A DNA stretch of 64,000 bases, taken from the NCBI RefSeq assembly GCF_009914755.1, contig NC_060930.1; one strand, written 5' to 3'. A program made the position numbers and the translations under genes. The DNA comes from the human T2T-CHM13v2.0 reference genome, Homo sapiens. The notes beneath the pieces are model-generated. The model ran no database searches and was not told the origin of the DNA. It saw nothing but the letters and a program-made list of their open reading frames with translations. Shown one piece after another: positions 14,116-26,500 of the stretch (its first letter is position 1; every line of letters starts with the position of its first letter).

Positions 14116-15589
14116 TAGGGAAAGAGTACGTGTTAACATCACAATATTTAATACTTAATTGAGACTTGGGGAAAAAAAAACTTTAAAATGAAAGAAAGAG
14201 ACATAGGTACAAAATCATGCCTTAATCAGATCACTCGCTGAAATTCAGATATTTTCTTTGAATTAAAAAAAGATTTTAATGTGATAAGAAAATACACATT
14301 CTCCTCTAAATAGATTTGTTAGTGTTACATTCTTCCCCATTTTAATAAAGTTTTTGGTCATCTCCTGAATGGTTAACTTTTGCTGTCTTAGAAATATACG
14401 ATGAAAATTAGACACAACCTCTATCCTCATATATTTTGATTTTTAATGACATAGGGAATTGATGGATAAAAATAAATGTTATATGGATATATATAGAAAA
14501 AATGACAGCTGTCAAGTAGATTTGATGAAAGAGTTTAGTTCAAGATTATGATGATAGATTGGAAAATATTTGACACCACCTTTGTGGGAGAATTCTTGTC
14601 AGGAGAGTTAGATTTAGGAAAGAAAGAGTTGGACACAAATCTAAAGTTGCATTTGAATGTTCAAAATATTCAGAGAGAAGCCTGGTGAGACTAGAATCTG
14701 GGTCTGTGCATGAAGCAAGACATTCTGGCAAGTTGATCTAAGCATTCTCGAAAAGGCTTGCAGGTCATTGCTAAAAATAATCGTTCGTCCAGAAGCAATA
14801 ATAAAACGGATGAGTGGTGTGTGGCACAAGGTGAAGCTGTAGTGTACAACATTTTGGAGGAGATAGAAGCAGAAAGCTAGGAAATGTGAAGTCACACAGA
14901 CTTTAGGTCACACTTAAACACCATTTCGCTATCTCAGAAAATCTGATCTATTTTTCTGCATGTCACTCAATATACTTTACAGAAGCACCCTTGTGATAAA
15001 CTATTATATATTTTTTGAGTTTCAGAAATAGTTCATTTCTTTCAATAAATCTGTTTTATTTTAAATAAATAAGGATTTAACACAACGTCTTTTATTGCCA
15101 TTTTAGATGTCAAATAATTTAGTACCCAATTATTGCTCAAGATTTATATACTCACCAGAGGAGTCTGAAATATTGTCTTCCTTTGGTCTCTGTCAGGACA
15201 TTTCTGACTTGTTTCATTGTTAAGTCACCTCAGTTACCTTGGAAGTAGAGAACGGTAGAGAGGATACAAAGTGGGAAGGATCCACCCATTTCCTCACACT
15301 TCAGTAAGTTGTACAATAAAAATGTAGTTTCTTTTATTGCTTTAAGTAATTGATTAAATTTTCATTACAATGGACTGATGGATAGAGAGAAAAATATAGT
15401 ATATTTTAGTCTAGATTAGAAAACAGTCTGTTTCAATAATTTCAGCAGTTGCTTTAAGTGACTCAGTCTCTAGATAAATGTTCAGTATTTCGGAACTCCC
15501 ATTGCCGCTCCCCAGCATGGCATGTGCATGTGCAAGAAAGAGGGGCTTCCAGGCCCTCATGCTGGAATGGAAGGAGGTACCTGGTTATT

Positions 15590-15940
15590 CTCCCCTTGCT
15601 GCCCCTGGCTACACCCATCTGTGCCTTTGCCTGCCCTTCTCCGTGTCCTGAAAGGCTCTATTTACCCCTACTGACTCTAGGTCCCTGGCTTTCTTGCTGG
15701 TTGGCGTCTGTGGTTTTGGTTAATGGGAGACACCAGCAGGAGCCTGAGGTTTGGAAGGTGAGAGGTGGGAGCTTTTCTTCCCTGCTCACTCCTTGCTTTG
15801 GCAAGAAGTCTCTGGCATTGCTGTGTGTCCCCATGATTCCATGGACTCTGCTTTTTCCTTCTCTGCTCCCTTTATCCCGAAGGGTAAGAAGAGCTTCCTG
15901 AAGTGGCTAGTCTCTGGGAACCTCACCATCTTTCTTCAAC
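15590..15940. mobile_element. LTR33-like (ERVL) LTR
   Basis: ttggttaatgggagacaccagcaggag...gctagtctctgggaacctcaccatc resembles recalled LTR33 consensus. Confidence 0.6.
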
Positions 15941-16744
15941 CTAATATGCCTCCTTTCTCTACGGCTTCCACTTCAAGAGGAGAGCTTGGAATTCAAGTGT
16001 CTCGCCATTTGCTTCTCCTTTTCCCCCATAATTCTACTGGGCAAAAGGGCTGGATTCCTTCCTACGTCTGATTTTGGTGGGATTTTGCCCAGCATCATAT
16101 CCCTTTTGTCTTTTTTCATTTTCCTCTTCTTCCATTTTCCTGGGGCTGTAATGACAGAATTCCTGCTAGAGATTGATGAGAAAGAAGGTAAAAATACATC
16201 AATTTAATATTTTCAGAACATTAAGCTATCCAGAAGATTAGACAGTAGAGAAATTTAGTCAGTGGACAAGAAGGAAAGAGTCTAGCATTGAAACTGTAGC
16301 AAAGAAATACAACGATTTCTGCTCAAATGCAATATATGTGTTCCTGAAGAGCCTCATGCACTATAAAATTACAAGACACATGTGAAAAAAAAAAACAGGG
16401 CTCATGGGAAAAACAGGTGTGGGGCACTTTCTCAAAACCTATAGAATTTGTAGTCAGAGCGTTAGCAAGCACAATAACAATTGTAACAAGAAAACCAGTG
16501 GAGTTAAATGTCCACTGGCCACACTGTGTCACCGTCAGCTGATCTTCTGTGGCCTTACACTCTAGGCTGCTGCTTCTTCCTTTGAAATACCTCATCAAAA
16601 TTAATAATCTGACCCAAGATGGATATTTCCTTATGAACCCAAATTTTTTTAACACAGATGGAAATTCTTCACAGTTTCTTCATCTGTACTGTCAGGTTCC
16701 CAGATCATTTTTTGAAACATAGATTTGTTTAAGAAATTTTTCAC

Positions 16745-17485
16745 GTTGCATTTTATTAAGTCCATGGTTTACATTAGGGCTCACTCTTTGTACTGTACAT
16801 TCTATGAATTTTGACAAATGTATGATGACATGTATCACCATTACAGGATCATACAGAAAAAATAGTTTCACTCCCCTAAAAATCCCCTGTGCTAAAGTTG
16901 TTCATCCCTCATCCTCCGCGAACCCCTGGCAACCACTGATTTTTTTTTTTTTTTTTGAGATGGCATCTCCCTCAGTCACTCAGGCTGTCTTGGCTCACTG
17001 CAACCTCTGCCTCCTGGGTTGAAGCAATTTTCTGCCTCAGCCTCCCAAGTAGTTGGGATTACAGGCACCCACCACCACAACCAGCTAATTTTTGTATTTT
17101 TAGTAGAGATGGGGTTTCACCATGTTGGCCAGGCTGGTCTTGAACTCCTGACCTCATCATCCACCCACCTCGCCCTCCCAAGGTGTTGGGATTACAGGCA
17201 TGAGCCACTGTGCCCAGCCCACTGGTCTTTTTACTGCCTCCATAGTTTGCCTTTTCTAGAATATCATATGTGGTGGTTGGAATCATACAGTATGTGGCCT
17301 TTTCAGATTGGCTTCTTTTGCTTATTAATATGCATTTCTGTGTGCTTTTGTGCTGCCATAGTTCATTTCATTGTCTGGGTGTACCACAGTTTATCTATTT
17401 ACCTCTTGAAGGACATCTTGGTTGACGCCCTTCAAATATGTTTTGGCAATTATGCATAAAGCTACTATCAACATTCAGGCACAAA
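16745..17485 (-). mobile_element. L1MC1/2-like 3' fragment, interrupted by an Alu
   Basis: tttacattagggctcactcttt...aacccctggcaaccactgat | ...aatcatacagtatgtggccttttcagattggctt. Confidence 0.8.
16940..17219 (-). mobile_element. AluS (Sg/Sc-like) inserted in L1MC
   Basis: Dimer with a short deletion in the right arm; TSD ccactgat/ccactggt. Confidence 0.93.
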
Positions 17486-18060
17486 TTGTTCAGCATAGTG
17501 AAAACCATAGGGACTTAACTGACCACTCCTTGCACTAAAAAAACTTGCTTCTATCAGATTCTCAGCTTTTTTCTTAAGATTTTCAAATACTGATAAAACA
17601 AATTGTGAGGAAGTTTGCCCTGCCCTTGATTGTGTTCAGGGCATTACAATTTGGGGAAATTTGCATATGAATGAACATGTCTTCTACATTTTACTGACCA
17701 TATGCCTTAAGTCAGACTTAAATATTCTTGGGCATATGGAAAAATTATGTTGAAATCTTCAACCTTCCTACACTTTCATAGTGAGATTCTTCTTACCTTC
17801 TATCTGCCCTGACTCAAGCATATAAAAATACAATAACAATCCCGGATTCCTTGAGTGATTTGGTAGCCTCTATGTGTGCAAGTCTTCTGTGTTTAATTTC
17901 CTAAAGCCACAGTTTCCTTTGTCCCACTCTTTGGCCCACACATCAGTATCTTAATGCTATTTTTTTATATTTTAATTTTGTATTTTTCATTTTAACCATC
18001 TCTATGCACTTGGATTACTTGTCTGTTTGGGGCATCTATAGAAGAATAAGAGACTTTGCC

Positions 18061-18188
18061 CTAGCTTAAAACCTAGATGATGGGATGATAGGTGCAGCAA
18101 ACCACCATGGCACATGTATGCCTATACAACAAACCTGCATGTTCTGCACATGTATCCCAGAACTTAAAGTAAAATTTTTTTTAAAAAA
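18061..18188 (+). mobile_element. Severely 5'-truncated L1PA (L1PA7/8-like) 3' end
   Basis: cttaaaacctagatga...gcagcaaaccaccatggcac...cccagaacttaaagta; TSD agactttgcc at 18051-18060 and 18189-18198. Confidence 0.9.
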
Positions 18189-18354
18189 AGACTTTGCCTC
18201 TAAACTTGGAGATGACACCATTCTCCAGAGACAGATAGATCACTGTGGTCATCTGAACAGTGGGTGAGAACATCTGGAACACCTGGAATAGGGTAGGCAG
18301 GAAGTAGGCACTCAACGCATGTTTTAAATGGTTGTTACAAATTATTGTTATTGA

Positions 18355-18560
18355 TTGCTACTTATAGAGCAGTTTCCCTGAGTCTAACTCTGTGTAATTT
18401 TTTTTCTGATCCTCCTAACCATCCTGCAAGATATAAATTATTTCCATTTTTTGATAGGAAAACTGACTCGACAAGCAAGTCACATGCATGGCTATTCAAT
18501 GGCAGAACTGGAGCCTGTCCTTGGGTCTGCTTGGTTCCAAGGACTGTGCTTTTCCCTCTG
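18355..18560 (-). mobile_element. MIR
   Basis: ccattttttgataggaaaactga...gtcacat...ggcagaactgg. Confidence 0.65.
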
Positions 18561-19094
18561 TTCACCTTATCTGAGCAGCCTGTCTGCCAGAATGATGTGT
18601 TGTCACCGTTTCTGGGTAGCGTGAGGGCCTGGTAGGGTTCTCCTTTGCTGTATGCCATTGGATCTGCAGTGTGATCCCAGGACCGAGATGGAGATCTGGG
18701 GCCAGTGCACAACGTGGGCCAGGCAGTGCATCTCACCATAGCTGTCTCCTCCTGGACCCGATTTTTACTCAAACCACTGGGAAGTGTCAATAGTTAGTCA
18801 AAGGCCTTCATTTTCTTGAACTTTATGTCAGTTGTACAGTAGTCTTATCACTGGATTCCGTCTTTCCACAGCATAGCTGTGTAAATGTGGTCAAGTGATT
18901 CCGTTATACATGAAGATGGTTGTGCTGTACACAAATGATGCACTTTTTATTCATATAAAAGGCAATCTGTCAAAATGTTCAGTGCTGCTCAATGAAGAAA
19001 GAATTTTGGGTGTTTATTTCTTCTTTCTGCTTTTTTATATTTTCACACTAACACACAAATATCTGTTTTGATATATATTTGAGAAATAGTAAAA

Positions 19095-19540
19095 TATAAT
19101 GGAATCATACACACTTTAGTCGGGCAAATTGGGTTAAAATCTGAGCTCCATGACAGTAGAGCAATTCATTAGATTCTATGAAACTCAGTTCTCTCAGCTT
19201 TAAAAAGAAGAGAATGATCTAGTCCTTATAGGATTTTTGTGAAGACTGAGGGTAATAATGTGTGTAAAGTTCTTAGCATAATGCCTGGCACACACTAATC
19301 ATAATTACCAATACTTACAGAGTGATTCCTATGTACCAGACACTTAACTCATTCAATGCTCACTTATAAGACAAGAGTTCCTATTTTATAGGGAATCCTT
19401 GTCAGTCTCCTCTCTCAGGTTTGGAAACCAAGGAGCTAGGAGGTCACTTATGTTGCCTAAGCAGCAAGAGGTGGTGGAGTGGAAACAGAACGGAGGTAAT
19501 TTGGCTCTCGAAGCTTCTCCCTTAATCACAATACAACAAT
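19095..19540. mobile_element. Two tail-to-tail MIRs (+ ~19095-19297, - ~19300-19540)
   Basis: ctcagttctctcagctttaaaa...gtaaagttcttagcataatgcctggcaca, then antisense MIR motifs. Confidence 0.65.
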
Positions 19541-21973
19541 GCTCTCAATGATACTGTTCTCGGTAATATTCCTCTCAGCCATAGACACCTAGTGAATGCT
19601 GGTATACACCATCCCCTTTCCTTATTAGCCAGATGATCTGTTTCTGTGGATCATTCATTTTTGGTATAGTTGGTGTTTAAAAGTCAAAGAAAAACACAGA
19701 ACCTCCTTTAAAAAACTATTGGCTTGAGTGTGACATCTCTTGTGAAGAAGACTTGAAAAGTAACTACTTAATCATTCCTCCTTCTGTTTTTAACAATTTT
19801 CTTTAGTTCCTTTTGCACAAGTCTCCTACATAAACAAGTAGCATCTGATCTCTATGGGAAGACACTTATCTTAATGCATTTTAGTTGCAATTAGTTTTAC
19901 TAAAGTAAAAACACCATGCTACGTGGCAAAAAAGAATGAGCCATTTGCTATTAATGGGGAAAACAAAACCTCCTTTAACATCATCAGGATTTTAAAATAC
20001 CTGTTTTTAGCCTACTGACTGATTCAATGTGCTGGAGTTCCATAGAAGAAATAAGAAGGACAAGCATTTTTAATAATCTTGCAATTATTTATAGAAAATT
20101 TAATTTTTTTTTGCTTCAGCATGAGAAAATGACAGATGGCAAAAACACCAAATTTATGTCCATTGGTTGCAAAAGACAATGGGTGTTACATATCATTTAA
20201 ATAACATTCAACAGTGGAAGGAGTCCATCCTCCTTACTGTGCACTTAGCTAAGAGAAATGTGTTATAGGTATTCCACTATATTCTCTTAAAGCAACCATC
20301 ATTACTCGAGATGTTGGCTTTTTTCTGAATAGTACTCTTACGAAAAAGGCTGAGAGTTTTATATTAACACAAGAATAATTATTTACATTGTTGTCTTTTT
20401 ATTTAGCTGTTTTAACAGTATGCTAATGACAGGAAGAAAACATACATATAAAATATTGTAAGCATCAGGACATGGTAGGAGAGAGTAAGTCTGGCTCCTG
20501 ACCATGAAATTTCTTTCTGTGGTTGCCTTCTTAATGGCATCTCTTAAGGTCAGTGGCTTTGAATTCTCCCAATTGTATGAGGTCACTCTGGCAGCACTGA
20601 CCAAGTAGAAAATATTCAGCTAGAGAACACAATAGCAGAAGTCACCCTTTAAGTGTCCTGCCTTCTATATCATGCAATTGACTCCAAGGCTCCCCACTAA
20701 GATGTCACTGTTTGACCAGTTTGCTTTAAAACAGCTTAATTAGCTGAAAGGAAAGCTATGTCTGAGCACGTTTGTGAGCAAAAAACAAAAAGCTCTCTCT
20801 TTTCAGAAAGCTCATGCTCTATCTTGTCGGAAATTTTTGGTTCTGAAACAAAACAACATTCCTTTCATACACAGTCAAGTCCCTGACAACAAATTTTTCT
20901 GGATCAGAAAATATCTGGTTTGGAGTTATCTCTTTGTGGACATTTGGTTCGTGTTCTGTATAACTAGGTTTGTGTTGGGACCCACAGTCGTATATGGCAT
21001 TACTAGGGGAATTCTTGCCAAACGCATTTTTAGTTTATTTCCTTGACCTAGCAAGGAGATACTGCTTTCTTTGCATAAGGGCTATGTAGGCTTTCTGATT
21101 AAAATCTACTGAACTTTGTAGTAATGGCAGTAACATCAAAGTAACTTAAGTGCTAACATCAAAAACAATCTCATTCCACTTAGTTCATTTGCTTCTCATT
21201 AAACATTTTTTTTAAAAAGTTCCAAAGAAACAACTCAGATTTAATTCCTGGCATGACACGTCAAGAAAATCTGTGTCATAATACTTCAACATGGACCTAA
21301 TTCAACATGGACCTCTTGCACAAATGCACGCATACCACCTGCTATCTCTGGACGTAGAGCCCCGCAGAGAACATGGGAAGGTATATTTAGGGCCCATCTT
21401 AAGTTGTTTAAATGCAAGAGAAAATGCCTAGGCTGACAGTGAATGACACTCCTTCTTTTTTGCATGTATTGCTGTGGCTAAACCCATCTGAGAGACACAG
21501 GAAACCTGTGTTTTCATTTGTCAAGGCAAATTGACAAGAATTGTTTTCATTTTGATGGGGCTGATGAAAGCATCTACAGAAATCTTGAACTCATGTGAAG
21601 GGGTGCCACAGGCAAGCCAGGGAATTGTTACGGAAAAGAGAGAACAACCTATCCCTTTACTACAGCGTTTCAGAAAGCGTTGTGGATTTTTTTTTTTAAG
21701 TCACAGAAGAAAATCCCCATGCCCCAAACAATATTCTACTGTAAAAACCAAATACTTCCAACAATTAACCACTGCAATATGGCCTGCCTACTCATCCAAT
21801 TTCTTTCATAGTCTCTTGTCTCGATGCTGATTATCCAATGAGCACATAAATTTCCAGTCGACTCTAGTTTTTTTTTTCACAACTTCTAAGTTATAATGAG
21901 CACCAAATTCCAACCAAAGTACATTTTTAAAAATTGCTCTGAGCTCCATAATTTGGGATATCTCTGTAAAATT

Positions 21974-22003
21974 GTGTGTGTATGTGTGTGTGTGTGTGTA
22001 TGT
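21974..22003. repeat. (TG)n microsatellite
   Basis: Direct, imperfect. Confidence 0.9.
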
Positions 22004-22249
22004 TGCAAACCTATCTCGAGAACATCTAAATTGTGGTTTGCAAAAACTCAAAAATGATGACACCCTTTGTAAAGTAACATTGGATTTTAAATTGCAATCA
22101 TAACTTCATTTTTTTAATGGAGAGAAGGATGACTAAATTAGGAGAAAAGTCTATAATCAGGAATATAAATCTTGCACTGATTTCTGGAGGTCACCAGATG
22201 AACCAATGCAGCCTTCACACACATCTGCTGTTTTGGCAACTGCTGCCTT

Positions 22250-22660
22250 TTTCGAGGATACTCATTGGCTCCCGCTAATCATATGCGAGGCCTCCTGGAA
22301 GCGATTTGTGCCTCTCCGGGCTGAAACCGGGCAGAGCCTGGAACGAGGCTGCATTGCTCAACTCAAGCTACCACATCGAGCTGCGTGCCACCTTCCAAAG
22401 GCCAACAGGCCGGGTGTTGCAGGGGGAGTGCGATGTGGCTGCAGGGTGGGCAGCTGACAATAACCTTTCAAAGCAGGGGGGAGCAGGTTTTCCAGAGCCA
22501 CTGGAAGGCTGGCATGCAGCCCGCTGGAAGGAGCCAGTATTTTCAGGAGAGGGGTTCATGCCCACAAGGTGGCATCATTGGTGCCAACTTCAGACGGAGG
22601 CCCTGGGCTAGTTTATCTTTGGAGGTGATGTGCTTTGCGGGTAGATCAGGGTGAAGTCAG
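22250..22660. promoter_or_regulatory. Candidate cis-regulatory element with CTCF-like motif
   Basis: ~14 CpG in ~400 bp of unique, GC-rich sequence; gcccacaaggtggcatca at ~22560-22577 resembles the CTCF core. Confidence 0.45.
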
Positions 22661-23534
22661 AAAAAACATTCACGTGAAATAATTCACACCTTAATGAAGC
22701 TGATTCTTTTAATACACATAAACAGCAGTGAGGAGAATGGCAAATAGCATTGCTTTCTCACTGGCTATTGTGCTGTCAGGCAAGAAGCCAAAGGCCAAGT
22801 GCCTTGGACAGAACTGGCTATAAATTAATAATAATAGATATTGGACACCCATCTGTCATGGAACACACCTCTAATAAATGACTGTGATTGTAAACTGTTG
22901 ACTTTCTTAATGGCTAACAGAGTGATGCACTTCCTGGGTTCCAGGCTGAGCTCAGATTCTGCATCTGCAAGTTCTGAACTGGGAACTGGAATAAAAACAT
23001 ACTTTTTTCCATTTGTAAAAAGCTACAAAATATTGTCTGTATGTTTAATAATGCAGAGAAATAAGGTACTAGAGCCTTTTGCATCAGTGCAGACTTGGGA
23101 AGAGTGTAATTCAAGTGCAAGAGTCTGTTCGTGACTGGTTTCTTGCTTTTTGCATTCTGATCAATTCCCTTTCCATTAAATAATGATAGTTTCACCTTAT
23201 CTGTGAAACTTTCTTCAGGTTAGGGAAGATCAGCCTCACTGAGTTATGCAGATACAGGATATAAGTATAGTCCTCTAGAAAACAGTTCCTCATTAAAGTA
23301 TCCTAAAGCGAACAAAATCCTTTGCTATAGGTTACTTTCATTTTCATAACGGATAATCGTGTTTTATGTTTATAGTTTTATGTCATCTTGCGTTTAAAGA
23401 TGCACATATCTGCTTTATGGAGCGGCTTGGTCTTAACTGAAGCTGGCCACTTCACACATTTGCCCAGCTCTGGAGGCAGGCAGGCTGGGGTTACACTTGC
23501 GAGCACACTGCCTTTGGCAAGGAGCCTGGAGGAC

Positions 23535-23565
23535 GGGTGCGGGTGAGGGGCTGAGGGGAGGGGGG
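23535..23565 (+). other. Putative G-quadruplex
   Basis: GGG tgc GGG tga GGGG ctga GGGG a GGGGGG: five G-tracts with loops of 1-4 nt. Confidence 0.7.
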
Positions 23566-26500
23566 AAGTGTAGAGTTCTCCCAGCAGAGCAGGGGTGAAC
23601 CCTGGCTGAGCGTCCACTGAAGGAAGCCCGCCGAGCCTTTGTGCCTTGACATCATTCAAGAAGGGGAGAAAATAAAGAGAATAAAAAAGATCTACTATTT
23701 TTGAAAGCTCCCCTCATATTTCACTATTTTATTTAACTCCGCTCACCTCTACTCTTATTTTCATCTCTCCAAAAACATAAAGAGTTGGTGAAGACAATAG
23801 GGCGAGAACATGCTTCTAGTGTCCATATATTCAAATCTCTCTTAAGGTCCAGAACTTGACTCCAACACTGATGTAAAATAGGTATTTTTCTAAGAAGTGT
23901 ATTTACGCCACATGATATATTGTCTCTGAGTCACTCATGTACCCATAAAATGTTTTCATGCTACTTTCAAACTTTAGAATTACTTTCTGGTGGGCTATCT
24001 TTTCAGATAACAAAGTTAAACATTTCTGAAGTTAATATGATATTTGCTTAAAGGTGCTTTGTTATATACTTTGATCTCTGAGTAATAATAACATGACCAA
24101 AAAATGGTCTCTAGATCTCTTTAATAATTTATAACTTCTATGTCCTCACTGAGAATGGGTCCTCCTTTCATTACCTTTACCCAGGTTTCTTGTGGATAAT
24201 TACAGAGAAAAAAATAAAGAACTTATTAAGAAAATTGTGGTGGAAATGGTGGCGGGAAGGAGAAATGCGCACATAATTTTTTATTGCTATTATCATTATA
24301 TTATTTTTACTAAGATGGCGATACATGCAGAGAGATGTTTATCTCAAAAGAAGCTCAGAAAACTCGATCTTAACTGAAGAATACAAATGTGTGAAGTCAC
24401 CGAAGGAATGATTGTATTTTTAAGGCTATTTTAAAAGAGAATTTTACCCTGAAGATGGGTACATCTAATAAGTATCAAGAAAAAATTAATTATAAAAAGG
24501 ACTGTATTAGCCAGTTGTTAATTTGTTAAATTGAGATCATTGTTAAATGCACTTATGCTGACATTTTCACTGGCAAAGTCTTAGCTATAAGAAATACAGT
24601 AGTAGGTGCATTAGTTTTTTTGACACATCTCTATGCAGATTAATATATATGACTCAAGTATTATGCTTTTAGCTTGTCAAAGAATGATACTAAACTACTT
24701 ATAGTTTTTGTTACATCTGAGCTGGTAATAATTTGTATAAAATATGTATAAGGGAATAAACTGAAAAGTTAAAAGAGTAAATCTAAAGCCACGGGAATCA
24801 TGAAAGTGCAGGGCAACTTATTTATGTGTGTATAAAAATAGTTTTCTTTTTATTACTTCCTTATTACCTATAAAAGACACCTATTTGGATATATACTTAT
24901 TTAATCTTAGCTTAAATAAAGGAAATCAGATTCCTATGTTATTGTCTTTGCTGCTTATGTTTACTCCAACTTGTATTCTCCAGATTTCTTGAGATTTCTC
25001 AAACCTCTGACAAAGCCCACCCATATACGACAAGGACAGAAACCTTCTTTCCACTGAGCAGGCTAAGCAGAGAACAGACACCAACAGCGTGGTTGAGGTT
25101 TGCTGAATGTAGGGATCAGGGCTTGGGGTAGCAGAACCCAGTGGGGTTGGGGGTATGTTGGTTGTGCCGCAGTGGTCATGTCAGTATCCAGGTCAGCTCT
25201 GTGGAACGCTCAGAACCTGGGAGGCTGGACAGTCTTCTTCCTGGTGTGTCTGGGGTTGGTGGTCCAAGATTAAAATCAAGGCAGCTCAGGCACAGGGTGA
25301 GCACCCTTGCTTTCCTGATTAGTCCTTCCTGAGCATCCTCCTCTCCTACAGTGCCCCATATAGCAGGCTGAATCTCCTTGCACCTTACAGGAAGGAAACT
25401 TACTTCCCTGAGATCCTTCTTGGAGTTTCAACAGGAGATCCATACTTACATTCCCATGTATTCTCTGTGGGATGGGATTGCACAGGTGGTGGATAACTGG
25501 GCCAACCCGAGAACACAACCAGAAACCAATCACATGTCAGGGGACTCCTCTCTTTCCTTTTGGGCACATGCCTTTTCTCTTCTGAATTGCCAAGGAAGGC
25601 TGGAAGTACCTACTTTGAGGATGCCCATACATAAAACATTTGATAGACTGAAAGTCAAAAGGAAACAGATAAAAGAGTCTGGTAGGGTAGAAAAGAAAGC
25701 TGCCAAAGGAACTTCCAAGGTTCAATTTCTTTCCTTTTAGATATGTGACTCTGTGGTGTACACAACCTTAAGGCATAATTTCTGGCCCAAAAGCAAAGAG
25801 GAAGCGATTCTGCTTTTGTAGTGTGGAGGTGAACACTAGCTGTGCCAAAATGTCCTTGAAAATACCTTCTGTATTTTATACAGGGGAAGAAGGAACAGAA
25901 AATGAATCACCTATGATGTTCCTTGTCTGCAGCAGAAAGAGAAAGTGATTTATTAGCTTTTTATTCCAATTTATAGAAAGGTATGAAAAATAAATTTGAT
26001 GAGAATACCTGGAGCATACTAATTAAGCAAGTCTATAATTTCCCAAGCTGTCCTCTATTGGCTCTTTTTATGAAAGTGTTCCTTTCATACCAATGCAACC
26101 TCTCACAATAAAGCAGGATTTCTAGTCAAAACGTTTGTCCGCTGTGATGCTGACAGCTGCCCAGTGGGATGGGGTCATATAACAGCACTGCAGGCATCCA
26201 AGGGACATCGGTTTTCGACCCCCGTGTCAACCTCTAGAGTTCCCAGGGTCGGGTCAGCATCCTAAGGACGCCTGTGGTCTCATTCTGGGACACCTCTGGG
26301 ATATCCCGCAGAAGAAGGGAATTCTTTGCCGAAAGCGTTCCCAGCCCCATTTTGTGGCTTGCTTTGTAGCATCATACTGGGGAGCATAAAAACAAAAATG
26401 ACTGTGGAGTGGAGGCTGGGGCAGAGACTGTCAAATCATCGAGAAGCCTGGAAAAGACAGGCTTCCTCTCTGGTACAGCATTGATGGGAATTAGGATTCC

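Noticed and set aside
15458-16071. 147-aa and 106-aa ORFs
   Set aside because: Largely within an LTR33-like repeat; non-ATG starts; no protein features
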